This document shows positions 19,445-30,219 of a stretch of 64,000 bases of DNA, one piece after another (position 1 is the first letter of the stretch; each line of letters begins with the position of its first letter). The position numbers and the translations under genes were made by a program. This DNA is from Candidatus Dojkabacteria bacterium (GTDB taxonomy: Bacteria; Patescibacteriota; Dojkabacteria; B142; OLB20): positions 258,335-322,334 of the forward strand of contig DAOMOX010000001.1 of the NCBI GenBank assembly GCA_035444565.1, given 5' to 3'. Below the pieces are notes generated by a model. It saw only the letters and a program-made list of their open reading frames with translations, did not search any database and was not told where the DNA came from.

Positions 19445-20392
19445 ATGAAACTAGGAATAATTATCCCTGCCCTCAATGAGGAGAAAAAGATCTCCACAAC
19501 GATTTCAAAAATACCAAAGAAGATTAATAACATCGACGAAATAAAAATCCTGGTAATTGATGACGGTTCAACTGACAATACGAGTTCTATGGCAAGGAAT
19601 TCAGGAGCCGATGTGATTCAACATAACAAAAACAAAGGTGTTGGAGTTGCTTTTCAGACAGGATTAGAATGGGCACTAGAAAAAAGAGTCGATATTCTAG
19701 TGAATATTGATGCAGATGGACAATTCAACCCAGATGATATTCCATTTCTAATTGAACCAATATTAAACAACGGAACTGATGTCGTGGTAGCCAATAGGTT
19801 CAACAACGGAATGCCATCGGATATGCCCAAAGGGAAATACCTGGGGAACAAAATGATGTCATATCTAATAAGTAAACTTTCTGGTATGGAACTTAAAGAT
19901 GTATCTTCTGGATTTAGAGCATTCAATAAAGAGGCTATGTACAAATTGAACCTTATAGGTAACTTCACATACACACAGGAATCAATTCTAGACCTTGCAA
20001 CAAAAGGTTTGAGAATTATAAACCAGCCCGTACAAGTCACTTACTTCAAATCCCGAAAATCCAGAGTCGCATCAAACTTATTAAGCTATGCAATTAAAAC
20101 TTCCCTTATAATCTTCAGAAGTTTCCGCGATTATAGTCCATTGAAATTTTTTGGTTTTGTGGGATTAATCCTATTCATACTAGGCTTACTTTTTGACTTG
20201 TTTACACTACAGCATTATTTACGTACTGGTGGGTTTACTCCGTATGTCTCGGTTGTTTTAACAGGTATTTATTTAAATACGGTTGGTTTTGGAATTATTA
20301 TCTTAGGAGTTATTGCGGATATGTTCGACAGAGTTAGAAGAAACCAGGAAAACATATTGTATTTATTAAAGAGAGAGAGATATGACAAGTAG
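19445..20392 (+). CDS. GT2 polyprenol-phosphate glycosyltransferase (DPM1-like, two C-terminal TMs)
   Basis: IPALNEE, DDGSTD, NKGVG, DADGQF, DVSSGFRAF. Confidence 0.9.
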   Translation: MKLGIIIPALNEEKKISTTISKIPKKINNIDEIKILVIDDGSTDNTSSMARNSGADVIQHNKNKGVGVAFQTGLEWALEKRVDILVNIDADGQFNPDDIPFLIEPILNNGTDVVVANRFNNGMPSDMPKGKYLGNKMMSYLISKLSGMELKDVSSGFRAFNKEAMYKLNLIGNFTYTQESILDLATKGLRIINQPVQVTYFKSRKSRVASNLLSYAIKTSLIIFRSFRDYSPLKFFGFVGLILFILGLLFDLFTLQHYLRTGGFTPYVSVVLTGIYLNTVGFGIIILGVIADMFDRVRRNQENILYLLKRERYDK

Positions 20393-21509
20393 TAGACCCA
20401 TCTACCTCATTCTAGGAACAAGAGCCCAAACAATAAAAATGGCTCCGGTTATGAGAGAACTTGAAGCTCAAAAAGTACCATTCACCCTACTCTACACTCA
20501 ACAACACAAAGTGACAATCACCGATCTTCTGGAGAATTTTGATATCAAAACGAAACCCATTAGCATTATAGAGAGAAAAGATGAAGCGAAAACAATTAAA
20601 TTATTTGCTGGTTGGTTAATTCAGATTCTTCTGATTACATTAAATCCTTTTAGTGCAAAAAAAATCTTTACACAAGGGAAAGGTTTAATCCTCACACATG
20701 GAGACACTGCAACTACCTCATGGTCGGCATTCTACGGAAGGCTCCATGGCCAGAAAGTAATGCATATCGAATCTGGGCTTAGGTCTTTCAATTTGATGAA
20801 CCCATTCCCTGAAGAAATACAGAGATTGATAAGTTTCCGATTTAGCAATTATTACGTAGCTCCAAATGAATGGGCACTAAATAATTTACGAAAGTACAAA
20901 GGTGAAAAAATTAATTCACAAGCGAATACCATGTACGAAGCACTCTCCTATATTATCAAAAAGAAAAATCCTGAAATTTTATCAAAATTAAAAAAGAAAT
21001 TTAAACTTCCAGCCAAATTCGCACTCGTATCAATTCATAGATATGAAAACATTTTTAAGGAAGAAAGGTTTAAAGAAATTCTAGATTTATTAGATAAAAT
21101 ATCAAAAGACATAAATCTCGTTTTTGTACTGCATCCTCCTACCGAAAAGCAACTGGAGAAAACTGGTTTAGGAGAGAAATTGGAGAAAAACAATAAAATT
21201 CAATTAATTCCTAGACAAGATTTTCAGAATTTTGCATACATAACGGACTTGGCTGAATTTGTAATCACCGATGGTGGTAGTAACCAGGAAGAGCTAAGCT
21301 ACATGGGCAAACCTACTATTTTATTTAGAGAATATACCGAGAGAACCGAAGGACTTGATGAGAATGTATTGTTATCGAAGTTCGACCATGAAGTCATTTT
21401 TTACTTCGTGAAGAATCATAAAGATTATCAGCGGAAACCCCTCAACTTGAAAGTTGCTCCTTCAAAACTGATAGTAGAGTTTGTTAAAAAAGTTAATAAA
21501 ATTGACTAG
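20382..21509 (+). CDS. wecB: UDP-N-acetylglucosamine 2-epimerase family (divergent)
   Basis: GTRAQTIKMAPV, HGDT, HIESGLRS, PFPEE, HRYEN, TDGGSNQEE, TERTEG. Confidence 0.82.
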   Translation: MTSSRPIYLILGTRAQTIKMAPVMRELEAQKVPFTLLYTQQHKVTITDLLENFDIKTKPISIIERKDEAKTIKLFAGWLIQILLITLNPFSAKKIFTQGKGLILTHGDTATTSWSAFYGRLHGQKVMHIESGLRSFNLMNPFPEEIQRLISFRFSNYYVAPNEWALNNLRKYKGEKINSQANTMYEALSYIIKKKNPEILSKLKKKFKLPAKFALVSIHRYENIFKEERFKEILDLLDKISKDINLVFVLHPPTEKQLEKTGLGEKLEKNNKIQLIPRQDFQNFAYITDLAEFVITDGGSNQEELSYMGKPTILFREYTERTEGLDENVLLSKFDHEVIFYFVKNHKDYQRKPLNLKVAPSKLIVEFVKKVNKID

Positions 21510-23073
21510 GAATCTATTAAACAATTCAATATCCAAAACAATCAAAATAAACAGAGAGAGTTTATTCATAGCTATTCTTTTCCTAATATTTTCACTCTAT
21601 GGTCTCTTCACATTAAAAGTATATGGGATACATGTAGATGACTTTGTCCAAGCAAAATATGGGGAGTTAATTTCATTGAAGCTGGTGAATCCCAATAATA
21701 ATGATTATCTAAATCTTTCAAACCTCAGATTCTACGGTCCTATATACGAAGTGTTTTTACATTTAATTATTTCATTCTTTGGACTCACCAGAGAAACAAT
21801 CGATTTTTTTTATACGAGAAAATTCATTACATACATAATTTTCCTTATTGGTTGCTTATTTTACTACCTACTTTTAAGAAGACACTTCAATTTTTTTGTC
21901 ACCTCGATTGCAACTTTATTACTTTTCTCAATACCCTCCTACTTCGGATATGCACAAGTTACAACCAAAGAGATTCCACTAATTTCCTTTACTATCATTT
22001 CGTTTTACTTTCTTGATAGATATCTTAGAGGAACGACGAAGAGAAACTTTTTCTTACATTTCTTATTCCTATCGATAGCAATAGCTATTAGACCCTCGGC
22101 TTTAACCTACCTTCCAATAACTTTTCTGCTTATTTTAGCCAATGAAATAAAAAGCTTCAAAGGATTCAAGAGATACATCAAGCAAAGAGGTCTCCCACTA
22201 TTCTTAAACTTGATAATTGCAATTGTAACCATTTCCGGAGTTGTTCTAATTTTCGATCCACACTTAAGGGAGGATCCATTTAACAGATACATCGAAAGAC
22301 TAGAATTCATGTCAACCTTTGATAACGCAGGCTCTATAATGATTGACGGCCAAGTTATGAAGGTTTCCGAGTCTAAGACCTCCGATATGTTTGTTATTGG
22401 TTTAAAAAAAGTTCCAGAAATATTTATTTCCTTTTCATTGATAGGATTTGTCTTCGGAATATTCCAACTATTTAAGACACCTCTGAAAAAAACATTCACA
22501 AAAAACCGACTTTTTATTATTGGATTACTATGGCTTTTTATTCCTTTATTATCGGTATTTATAAAGGAAACTAATTTCTACAATTTCAGACATCTATTAA
22601 TTTTCCTTCCACCTCTGGGAATATTTCTAGCTTATGGAATTAATTTAATAGTAAAGAGGAAAGATTATCTCGGTAAATTATTTATCGGAATTATAATTCT
22701 AGGGAGTATATATCAAACTTATACAATCTTTAGACTCTTTCCCTATGAGATTACATACTTCAATGAGATTTCAGGAGGTTTGCAGCAGAATAGCGAACTT
22801 TATTCTAATTATCCCGAAGGACTTGCAGAAGCAGAAGCAATAATAGAAGTGTGTGAGGAAGATGAGGAAAAACTAATCTCTGGACCATTTGTCAGTATCT
22901 ATCTTCCATACTATTGTCCAAATGCGAAGTATAGCGACAAATACGAGCAATCAGACTACATTATTACCTATGATTTCTACGAGAAATTACAGCCTGTGCC
23001 AATGGATACGAAACTAATAGACACTATTGAGAGGGATAACGCGAATATTCTAAATATTTATAAAACTAAATAA
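21481..23073 (+). CDS. GT-C (ArnT/PMT-like) integral membrane glycosyltransferase
   Basis: About 11 hydrophobic segments, HVDD acidic motif in the first loop, YGPIYE, RHLL..LPP, C-terminal soluble domain; start position uncertain. Confidence 0.7.
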   Translation: MLKKLIKLTRNLLNNSISKTIKINRESLFIAILFLIFSLYGLFTLKVYGIHVDDFVQAKYGELISLKLVNPNNNDYLNLSNLRFYGPIYEVFLHLIISFFGLTRETIDFFYTRKFITYIIFLIGCLFYYLLLRRHFNFFVTSIATLLLFSIPSYFGYAQVTTKEIPLISFTIISFYFLDRYLRGTTKRNFFLHFLFLSIAIAIRPSALTYLPITFLLILANEIKSFKGFKRYIKQRGLPLFLNLIIAIVTISGVVLIFDPHLREDPFNRYIERLEFMSTFDNAGSIMIDGQVMKVSESKTSDMFVIGLKKVPEIFISFSLIGFVFGIFQLFKTPLKKTFTKNRLFIIGLLWLFIPLLSVFIKETNFYNFRHLLIFLPPLGIFLAYGINLIVKRKDYLGKLFIGIIILGSIYQTYTIFRLFPYEITYFNEISGGLQQNSELYSNYPEGLAEAEAIIEVCEEDEEKLISGPFVSIYLPYYCPNAKYSDKYEQSDYIITYDFYEKLQPVPMDTKLIDTIERDNANILNIYKTK

Positions 23074-24985
23074 TTTCCGAATCTTCTTTTCCGCTTATTT
23101 TCAATAACTTCTTCAAAATCAAAAGAGAAATTGGACCTACTATTAAAAGAACTGAGGCATTTACAATCCTATCCAGAACGGATGCAACTATAGCATCTTG
23201 TGTACGGATGTTTATTACTTGACTAGCAAAAGCGAACAACACCTCTTTTATCCCCAGTGCTGATGGAGTTATGTTAAGAAATATTGATAATACTGAAAAT
23301 GATGATAAAAAGACATTATCCCAGATTTGAACTATCTCTCCTTTCGTTGTAGTGATATCAAGATATCTGAATTGGAAATACAACAATGAGGCAACTACCA
23401 AGCTATTGAGGCCAGTAATTAAACTCATGATTGCCACTCTTTTTGGTGATTTTGAGATAGTATTCCACCCTTCCACTACACTCTCAACTTTACTTCTAAA
23501 ACCTTCAAAAGGTATCAATCTTAAGAATAGTTTGGTTGCAGACACCGCAAGAATTGATCCTAGGGAAAGTCCCAGGAATGCTAAAGCCACGAGGATACTG
23601 AAAGAAGATGTTCGCAGATATATTATTAGCATAGATAATAATCCCAAAATGCCTATTACAAAAAAATTAATCACATAAGAACCTGCTAATGTGGTGGCGA
23701 ACGAAGAATACCTAAATCCGTGTTTTCTTTTTAAGAACAGTGCAGTCACTCCCATACCAGCTCGGAAAGGGAGGAAGGTATTCGCGAAACTTGTGGCAGT
23801 CGCTAGCGCAATGCTCTCAATCTTCCCAAGATTTACACCGAATTGTCTGTAAAGATACCAAGAAAATAATCCATTAATACTGAGTAAAATCAAATTAAAA
23901 CCGGCGAGGACAATGACTTGCCAATATTTTAGTTCCAGAATAATTTTGAAATCATTGTAATTTTTGTACAAATAATAACCTGCGCCAAGAAGTATCACCA
24001 AGGTAAATAGTAGAGCCAAAAGCTGTTTCGGAGAATTATTAATAAGCAGTTTGTAAAGCCCTTTGAGAATACCGAAATAATACAATAGCACTAGAACCGG
24101 ACCTATTATAAATATTTGTATACTTCTTGTAGGAACATGGTCTAAATAAACAGAGATCGCTAACCACAACAATATTAATAGAATTATTGATGTTATTCCA
24201 AAAAGCCACCAAACCAAATATATACCAGCCAGAGCAAAAATAGGAAACAACAATATCATCCAATGCTTGAGGCTTTTCTTTTTTAGATAATAGTCAGTGA
24301 AGTGTAACCCTCTTTCAATAATATGATAAAGGCTTTTCTTTGTATCATCACGGCCGTAGTTAATTATCCAGATATCAGGGTCAATAACTATATTGTCTTT
24401 TTCTAGGATGTAAGAGAAAAGTCTGGTATCTTCCGAAGACTCACGATTAAAGGTATGTCCATATTTTTCAATTATATGCTTAAATACTGGTTTCTTTATG
24501 AAAAATATAGTTGTTCCTTTGGGGTATACATCGAAATTCTCTTTTGTCAGTACTATCCTTTGTTTACATTCTCTGTAATATTTCCTGAAAAACTGCCTTC
24601 GAATTGCAGAATAAAATACTTCAAAAATTGTTTCTTTTTCCAGTCCTCTGCTATGACCAATTATCATATTATCTTTTTTATTTTTCAGGTTTCGCAGGAT
24701 CTCCTTTGGTACCAGACACCTAGAGTCAACATAAAGCAGATTTTCGTATTTTGCTTCATTCATTGCAGTTTTACGAGCATCAAATCTACCAAGATTTTTC
24801 GGATGATTTACTAATCTTACTCCCTTGAATTTCTTCACTACATCTGCAGTTTTGTCCGTAGATCCGTCATTGACTACAACAATCTCATAATCATCTTTTG
24901 GATATTCAATATCCATAATCGAGTCCAGGAGTTTTCCGATTGCCTTCTCTTCGTTATAGACAGGTATTAAAATTGAGATTTTCAT
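23066..24985 (-). CDS. GT2 glycosyltransferase fused to a UPF0104/lysylphosphatidylglycerol-synthase-TM (flippase-like) domain
   Basis: N-terminal IPVYNEE, NDGSTD, YVDS; C-terminal multi-TM region with NTFLPFRAG, TPSALGIKE and LDR. Confidence 0.8.
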   Translation of the reverse strand: MKISILIPVYNEEKAIGKLLDSIMDIEYPKDDYEIVVVNDGSTDKTADVVKKFKGVRLVNHPKNLGRFDARKTAMNEAKYENLLYVDSRCLVPKEILRNLKNKKDNMIIGHSRGLEKETIFEVFYSAIRRQFFRKYYRECKQRIVLTKENFDVYPKGTTIFFIKKPVFKHIIEKYGHTFNRESSEDTRLFSYILEKDNIVIDPDIWIINYGRDDTKKSLYHIIERGLHFTDYYLKKKSLKHWMILLFPIFALAGIYLVWWLFGITSIILLILLWLAISVYLDHVPTRSIQIFIIGPVLVLLYYFGILKGLYKLLINNSPKQLLALLFTLVILLGAGYYLYKNYNDFKIILELKYWQVIVLAGFNLILLSINGLFSWYLYRQFGVNLGKIESIALATATSFANTFLPFRAGMGVTALFLKRKHGFRYSSFATTLAGSYVINFFVIGILGLLSMLIIYLRTSSFSILVALAFLGLSLGSILAVSATKLFLRLIPFEGFRSKVESVVEGWNTISKSPKRVAIMSLITGLNSLVVASLLYFQFRYLDITTTKGEIVQIWDNVFLSSFSVLSIFLNITPSALGIKEVLFAFASQVINIRTQDAIVASVLDRIVNASVLLIVGPISLLILKKLLKISGKEDSEII

Positions 24986-25788
24986 TTACGATATTTCCAA
25001 ATATAGATACATAAATAATAACCATATAATCCCTGAAGTAAAGCTACTTTCCAGGTGCTAAAACTTTTCCAATATCCATGCCTCAGCATTGAGACCACGA
25101 TTGATTGTATCATCCAAAGCGGTGCAAGAACTGGATTGGCATATTTCTTTTGCTTGTCAATACTATCCTGAAATCTCTTCAAAACTTCTTCGTTGCAATT
25201 ATAATTATCGAAGTCTTCTCTATAAAAAAACTTTGCGTGAACATCTATCCATTTCATCCACTTAGTTCTAAATCTGTTGAAAGTATAGTTATTGTAGAGT
25301 GGTTGATGTTCGAGAACCAAGTCACTTTGCTCAAAATTTCCATATGTCCCAGGATCTTTTCCGGGAAACGAGAAATAGTACATTTTATTCTTACGGAATA
25401 AAACTTTTTTCTGTGGGAAACCTTTCGTAACATATTGTTTCCCATTCCAAAGTGGCCATACGAATGAATATGCATCAATGTCTTTGTTCTCAATCAAATT
25501 TCTAAGATTCTTTTTCATTTCGGGAGAAAGAAATTCATCTGCATCAATTTGGAGAATCCAATCATATTTACATTGGTTGATGGCAAAAACCTGATGAAAC
25601 TCTCGCATTCCACGATGTTCCTGTACAAATATCTTGGCACCAAAATCTTTTGCTATTTCTAAACTTCTATCAGTACATTCTCCATCATGAACAACAACAA
25701 TTTCATCAACCACATCTTTAAGAGAACCTAGGGACCTCTCGATATGTTTCTCTTCATTGTAGATTACTAAAAATGCGGAGATTTTCAT
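24982..25788 (-). CDS. GT2 glycosyltransferase (KdtX/LgtF-like)
   Basis: YNEEKHI, DEIVVV, TDRSLEIA, DWILQIDADE. Confidence 0.87.
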   Translation of the reverse strand: MKISAFLVIYNEEKHIERSLGSLKDVVDEIVVVHDGECTDRSLEIAKDFGAKIFVQEHRGMREFHQVFAINQCKYDWILQIDADEFLSPEMKKNLRNLIENKDIDAYSFVWPLWNGKQYVTKGFPQKKVLFRKNKMYYFSFPGKDPGTYGNFEQSDLVLEHQPLYNNYTFNRFRTKWMKWIDVHAKFFYREDFDNYNCNEEVLKRFQDSIDKQKKYANPVLAPLWMIQSIVVSMLRHGYWKSFSTWKVALLQGLYGYYLCIYIWKYRK

Positions 25789-26492
25789 TATTTTTTACTT
25801 AGAAGAAAGGTTTTTGAGTAAGGTTTGCCAAAAGTAAGTAGTCTATGGAACCCTTTTGCATAGACCTTAAACATTTTAAATGACATTGACTTTCGATGTT
25901 CGACCAATCTGTATAGCACAGATGAGAAAAGCTTTACGGGTATCCATAAATAAACGTTAAGATTATTGTCGGTTTCTATCAACTTTACTTTATTGCTTTT
26001 CAAGAATTTCTTAAAGTCGTCTTCGTTTGGTTGTCCATAGAGTTTATGTTCATCTAGAAATTTGATTTTATTTAGAAACATCATTCTCAAGATTTTCTCA
26101 AAAGGTTCTGCGTGATCAAGTGGAAAACTCATGATAATGTCATCTTTAGCTACCCTGGCTAGTTCTTTGATGAAAGTCTCTCTATTCTGAGGGGGAACGT
26201 GTTCGAAAGTATCTATACACGTGACTAAATCAAATGTTGAATCTTTGAACTTTGACCTTTTCCCATCATAATTTACAAAATCAACTTCTGGATAGGCTTC
26301 CAGGTCTTCTTTTATAAATCTGTATTCATCAGTCTCAAGCAAAGTTAAACTTACATTTGGAAACTCGGAAATATATCTAGCCAATCCAGGACCATTTGGC
26401 CCAACATCTAACACTTTGAAACTTTTCTTTCCTTTAGATATTTTCTTAATAAAGTTGTATACGTAGAGATATCTTTGAAATGTATCAATCAT
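25788..26492 (-). CDS. Class I SAM-dependent methyltransferase
   Basis: VLDVGPNGPG, FKDSTFDLVTCIDTFEHV, ELARV. Confidence 0.82.
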   Translation of the reverse strand: MIDTFQRYLYVYNFIKKISKGKKSFKVLDVGPNGPGLARYISEFPNVSLTLLETDEYRFIKEDLEAYPEVDFVNYDGKRSKFKDSTFDLVTCIDTFEHVPPQNRETFIKELARVAKDDIIMSFPLDHAEPFEKILRMMFLNKIKFLDEHKLYGQPNEDDFKKFLKSNKVKLIETDNNLNVYLWIPVKLFSSVLYRLVEHRKSMSFKMFKVYAKGFHRLLTFGKPYSKTFLLSKK

Positions 26493-27325
26493 AATAATCC
26501 TTCTTTCACACCTCTAAAAAAATAAGGTAAGTTCTTCGGACGAGGTAATACCCAGAAGAATCCCACAAGTATTGAAAAGAAAATGAAAAGATATTTTTTT
26601 ATGCCATTTAAATCTTTCTTCGCAAAATATATCGCATTCCTGGCAATAAGAAAATCTTTCTTACCTGTATTGTCTTTTGTGGACATTGAGTGATAGTGCC
26701 TTAACTTCCAATCCCAAACAACTTCAATCTTTACGCCATTTTTCTTTGCCCTCATAGAAAAGTCCACATCCTCAAAGTACGACTCATAACTTTCATCAAA
26801 ATAACCTACCTTATCCAAAACATTTTTATGAAAATATAAGAAACATCCGCTTAGAAAGTCAGGCTGAGTCTTTTTAATCTCTGAAATGTGCTTGCCTTTG
26901 TTTACGTTGATCGTACCTCCATAAAGTATTCCAATATCCCCACCAGTATTCTGTACAATATCGTTACCAACATTCATAATCACTGGGGAATAAATTGTGT
27001 CTTTATCCGTCAGCTTTCCAATCTCTGAAATAAATTCATCATCAATTATTACATCATTGTTTCCTATCAAGAACCATTCACAGTTGGTATTTTTTTGTAA
27101 ATATTTAAGACCAAGATTCAGACCTCCACTATAACCGCTATTTTTTTCAGAATTAATTAGAATTACTTCTTTTGACTCGAGTTCTTTTAATTTCTGGGTA
27201 TCTTCTGGAGAATTATTAACAACTATCAACAGATAATCTTTGATACTTTTACTTATTCCTTCTACAAACTGAAGAGTATATTGAAGACTACGGTAATTGA
27301 CAGTTACTACACCTATTTTGTTCAA
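26489..27325 (-). CDS. GT2 glycosyltransferase
   Basis: VTVNY, NSGYSGGLNLG, NNDV, SGCF, YFEDVDFS.R. Confidence 0.87.
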   Translation of the reverse strand: MNKIGVVTVNYRSLQYTLQFVEGISKSIKDYLLIVVNNSPEDTQKLKELESKEVILINSEKNSGYSGGLNLGLKYLQKNTNCEWFLIGNNDVIIDDEFISEIGKLTDKDTIYSPVIMNVGNDIVQNTGGDIGILYGGTINVNKGKHISEIKKTQPDFLSGCFLYFHKNVLDKVGYFDESYESYFEDVDFSMRAKKNGVKIEVVWDWKLRHYHSMSTKDNTGKKDFLIARNAIYFAKKDLNGIKKYLFIFFSILVGFFWVLPRPKNLPYFFRGVKEGLL

Positions 27326-27390
27326 GATTGAAGACTAAAATTTATTAGTAAAGAGAATTATATCAGAATCAAAAACTACAGACAGGCTAT

Positions 27391-29388
27391 TCAATAGTGT
27401 TTCTTGGCAGAATTTATTTTCTCTACAGCATATGTGGCATCTATGCCAATCGTATCACAATACCACAACATTGATTCTACTCTCGGTTTATTCTCCTCAA
27501 TGGATAGTTTCAAAGCTTCATCTCTCGAGATTAGGCCTTCTCTAATTTGATTGCTTCTAAAAGTATCATTTTCCGTTAATCCAGTCATCACATAATATAC
27601 GTAATTATAGAAACTAGCTGTACCATCGCCTATTCTCCAAGAGGATCTAGTATCTGGAGATAATTCCCAATCGTATTGCTTTAATAGTACATCCTCGACT
27701 TCTTGCTCACTCCATGGGAGGTATTTGTAAATGTAGAGATAATCCTTTGAAATAGCATACGAAGAAAGGTATGCCCCAAATGTATCAACAAGAGAGGAGT
27801 TCAAATACCTGGGATTTTTCGAATATTGAGCTGCGTAATACCATAAAAGCTTAAGGCTATTCATCATGCCAATTTCATAAGCTTTTTTATCTTTATTTTT
27901 CAATTTTACATTTGCAAAACCATGTTTAAAGTAAGTGTTTTCAAGTGAATTCCCCGAATAAATGACTAAGTCGATACCAGTCTCTTTTCGAAGCTTATTT
28001 AAATAGTAAAAATACTGTTTATCGCCAGCCATAAACAACGGAACCATTCCGATTTCTGGCTTCTTTAGCCAGGCTGATACATTTTTTCGGATATATTCTC
28101 GTTTTTTTTGGATATCGGCTGATATTAATATGTGTTCGACCCCTAATTGTCCAGTCATTCGAGCCTGATTTCTTCTACCAAGGTCAGTTATCATTCCCCA
28201 GTCGTAAGAATATGCTAGTGGTTTTAGTCCAAGTTCTTCTACCGCGTAATGTAAGGCATAACAACTATCCCTACCCCCACTAAATGCCACAATACAATCA
28301 GGTTCGCCATTGCCTTTCTTATATTTCGAAATATCTTTTACTAGTTCATCATCACCTTTTATTTCTCGATTCTCATACGCATGACAATAACTACAGACTC
28401 CGTCGTCATCAAACTCAATAAATGGCATAGTTTCAGGTAATATACACTTTGTACATCTTCTTAACTTCCCTATTTCTTTGCTATCCTGCTCGTATTCCTT
28501 TTTTATCAAACTCTCTATAGTTTTCAAATTCTTTTTATTATCTTCAACATGTGATGGTATCGGCACTTCAGTTATTTGTTTACCCAAAATTTGTATTTTC
28601 CTTTTTTTCGCTGAAACTTTAAGGTTTTTCAGTTCCGAATCTTTCGATATTTCAAAATCCTGTCTTTTAAGATTATCAAGACTTATCAATGCCCCCGAAC
28701 CCGGAGAAATCTGTTTGATTTCTATTGAATCATTCTTTTCCTTGAAATGTTTTCTAAGGATTTCTTCTGCAAAGAATTTCTCGGACACGAAAATTAGAAA
28801 ACTTTTTTCTTTATCACTTAGTGTGAAAAGAGAGCCGGTATTTGTGGCTATTAATAAATTATTGTAGGTTCCAAACAAACTCCCGAATGCGTATGACCCT
28901 TTGATTTCTTGGAGTGTTTTCTTCAGAGAAGCTCCAAAGCCCTCACCTTTATGTATTCTTTCATTTAATAATGCATTAAATACTTCAGTATCTACACCAA
29001 ATTCTCGCTTTAAACCTTTGTGATTCTTCCATAAGTCGTTGTCATTTACTATGATTCCGTTGTGGATAGTTGCCATTCCGGACTTTACAACTGGCTGATT
29101 GTTGTGAGTAAGACTAAATGAACCGTTTGTTTCCATCCTAGCATGCCCGATAAGCGCATATTGTTCAACATCACTACTTAATAATTCGTTATAGATTTTT
29201 GATTTGATAAATTTGCTGGCAGAAAGCGGTTCTTTGTAAACAAGAATCTCATCCCCTCTAACAAAAGCGATTCCAGAGGAATCTTTACCCCGTGATTGCG
29301 AGAGTAAAAGAAGATCATTCACAATTGACTTCGCTTCTGCTTTATTAAATGTATTCTTAGTTGTAATTAATCCAAAAATTCCACACAT
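27391..29388 (-). CDS. Fusion of class II glutamine amidotransferase and N-acetyl-sugar amidotransferase (PP-loop, WbpG/WbuX-like)
   Basis: MCGIFG (Ntn Cys), RGKDSSG, GHAR, HNGII.N, DTE; then CTKC...CSYC, SGGRDS and QIREGLISRDEAL. Confidence 0.85.
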   Translation of the reverse strand: MCGIFGLITTKNTFNKAEAKSIVNDLLLLSQSRGKDSSGIAFVRGDEILVYKEPLSASKFIKSKIYNELLSSDVEQYALIGHARMETNGSFSLTHNNQPVVKSGMATIHNGIIVNDNDLWKNHKGLKREFGVDTEVFNALLNERIHKGEGFGASLKKTLQEIKGSYAFGSLFGTYNNLLIATNTGSLFTLSDKEKSFLIFVSEKFFAEEILRKHFKEKNDSIEIKQISPGSGALISLDNLKRQDFEISKDSELKNLKVSAKKRKIQILGKQITEVPIPSHVEDNKKNLKTIESLIKKEYEQDSKEIGKLRRCTKCILPETMPFIEFDDDGVCSYCHAYENREIKGDDELVKDISKYKKGNGEPDCIVAFSGGRDSCYALHYAVEELGLKPLAYSYDWGMITDLGRRNQARMTGQLGVEHILISADIQKKREYIRKNVSAWLKKPEIGMVPLFMAGDKQYFYYLNKLRKETGIDLVIYSGNSLENTYFKHGFANVKLKNKDKKAYEIGMMNSLKLLWYYAAQYSKNPRYLNSSLVDTFGAYLSSYAISKDYLYIYKYLPWSEQEVEDVLLKQYDWELSPDTRSSWRIGDGTASFYNYVYYVMTGLTENDTFRSNQIREGLISRDEALKLSIEENKPRVESMLWYCDTIGIDATYAVEKINSAKKHY

Positions 29389-29515
29389 GTTAATTTAATA
29401 AAAGATTGATAAAGTTAATTATATTACTAATAATTTGAATAGCGTAAGGTTTTATTTATTTTCTTGATTATTGCTATACTGGTTAACTCTTATAAAATAA
29501 AAACCATCTTGCTAT

Positions 29516-30139
29516 ATGACACATATCGAAGATACAAGTAAAACACCTATTATTATAACTAATAATTGTTGGGGTTATCATTATTATCAAAATAATAACA
29601 TTGCATACCCCACTCCATTTATCGGTTTATTTATATTCGCACCAGACTATTTGGAGATGCTCAAAGATTTTGAAAAACATATGAGTGCGCCACTCAAATT
29701 TACTAAAAAATCAAAATATCATTTAAAACATAAAGATTATCCAATTGGAAAGTTACTAGATGTAGAAATACATTTTCTTCATTACAAATCCGAAGACGAG
29801 GCAAAGAGCAAGTGGGATAGAAGGAAATCAAGAATGCACAAAAATATGGACAACTATTATTTCAAGTTTGATGATGTGGAAAAGCCTTTTGAGGATATCT
29901 ATTTAAAAAGGTTTTATTCTTTACCTTTCAAAAATAAAATATCATTTACAAAAGAAAGACATCCTGAATACAAAAATAATCTTGAATTTTATTTCGGGAA
30001 ATCACTAAGTGGAGGGCGGTTATATCGGACAACTCCGTTTTATTTCAATATCAATAAATGGTTAGCAGGCAAAGGGCTGAGTAAGCATTTTCATTATAAA
30101 CTCTATCAAAATACTCTCTCTCATTTATTTAATCGATAA
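29516..30139 (+). CDS. DUF1919-family exopolysaccharide biosynthesis protein
   Basis: IITNNCWG..Y...TPFIGLFI, YPIG.L.DVEIHFLHY.S..EA..KW.RR. Confidence 0.85.
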   Translation: MTHIEDTSKTPIIITNNCWGYHYYQNNNIAYPTPFIGLFIFAPDYLEMLKDFEKHMSAPLKFTKKSKYHLKHKDYPIGKLLDVEIHFLHYKSEDEAKSKWDRRKSRMHKNMDNYYFKFDDVEKPFEDIYLKRFYSLPFKNKISFTKERHPEYKNNLEFYFGKSLSGGRLYRTTPFYFNINKWLAGKGLSKHFHYKLYQNTLSHLFNR

Positions 30140-30219
30140 ATCGTCAATCTCGTTTCATCTCGTATTTTGTGTATTTACATGGTAATATTGACGACATAGC
30201 CATATAAAACTTACGAATC

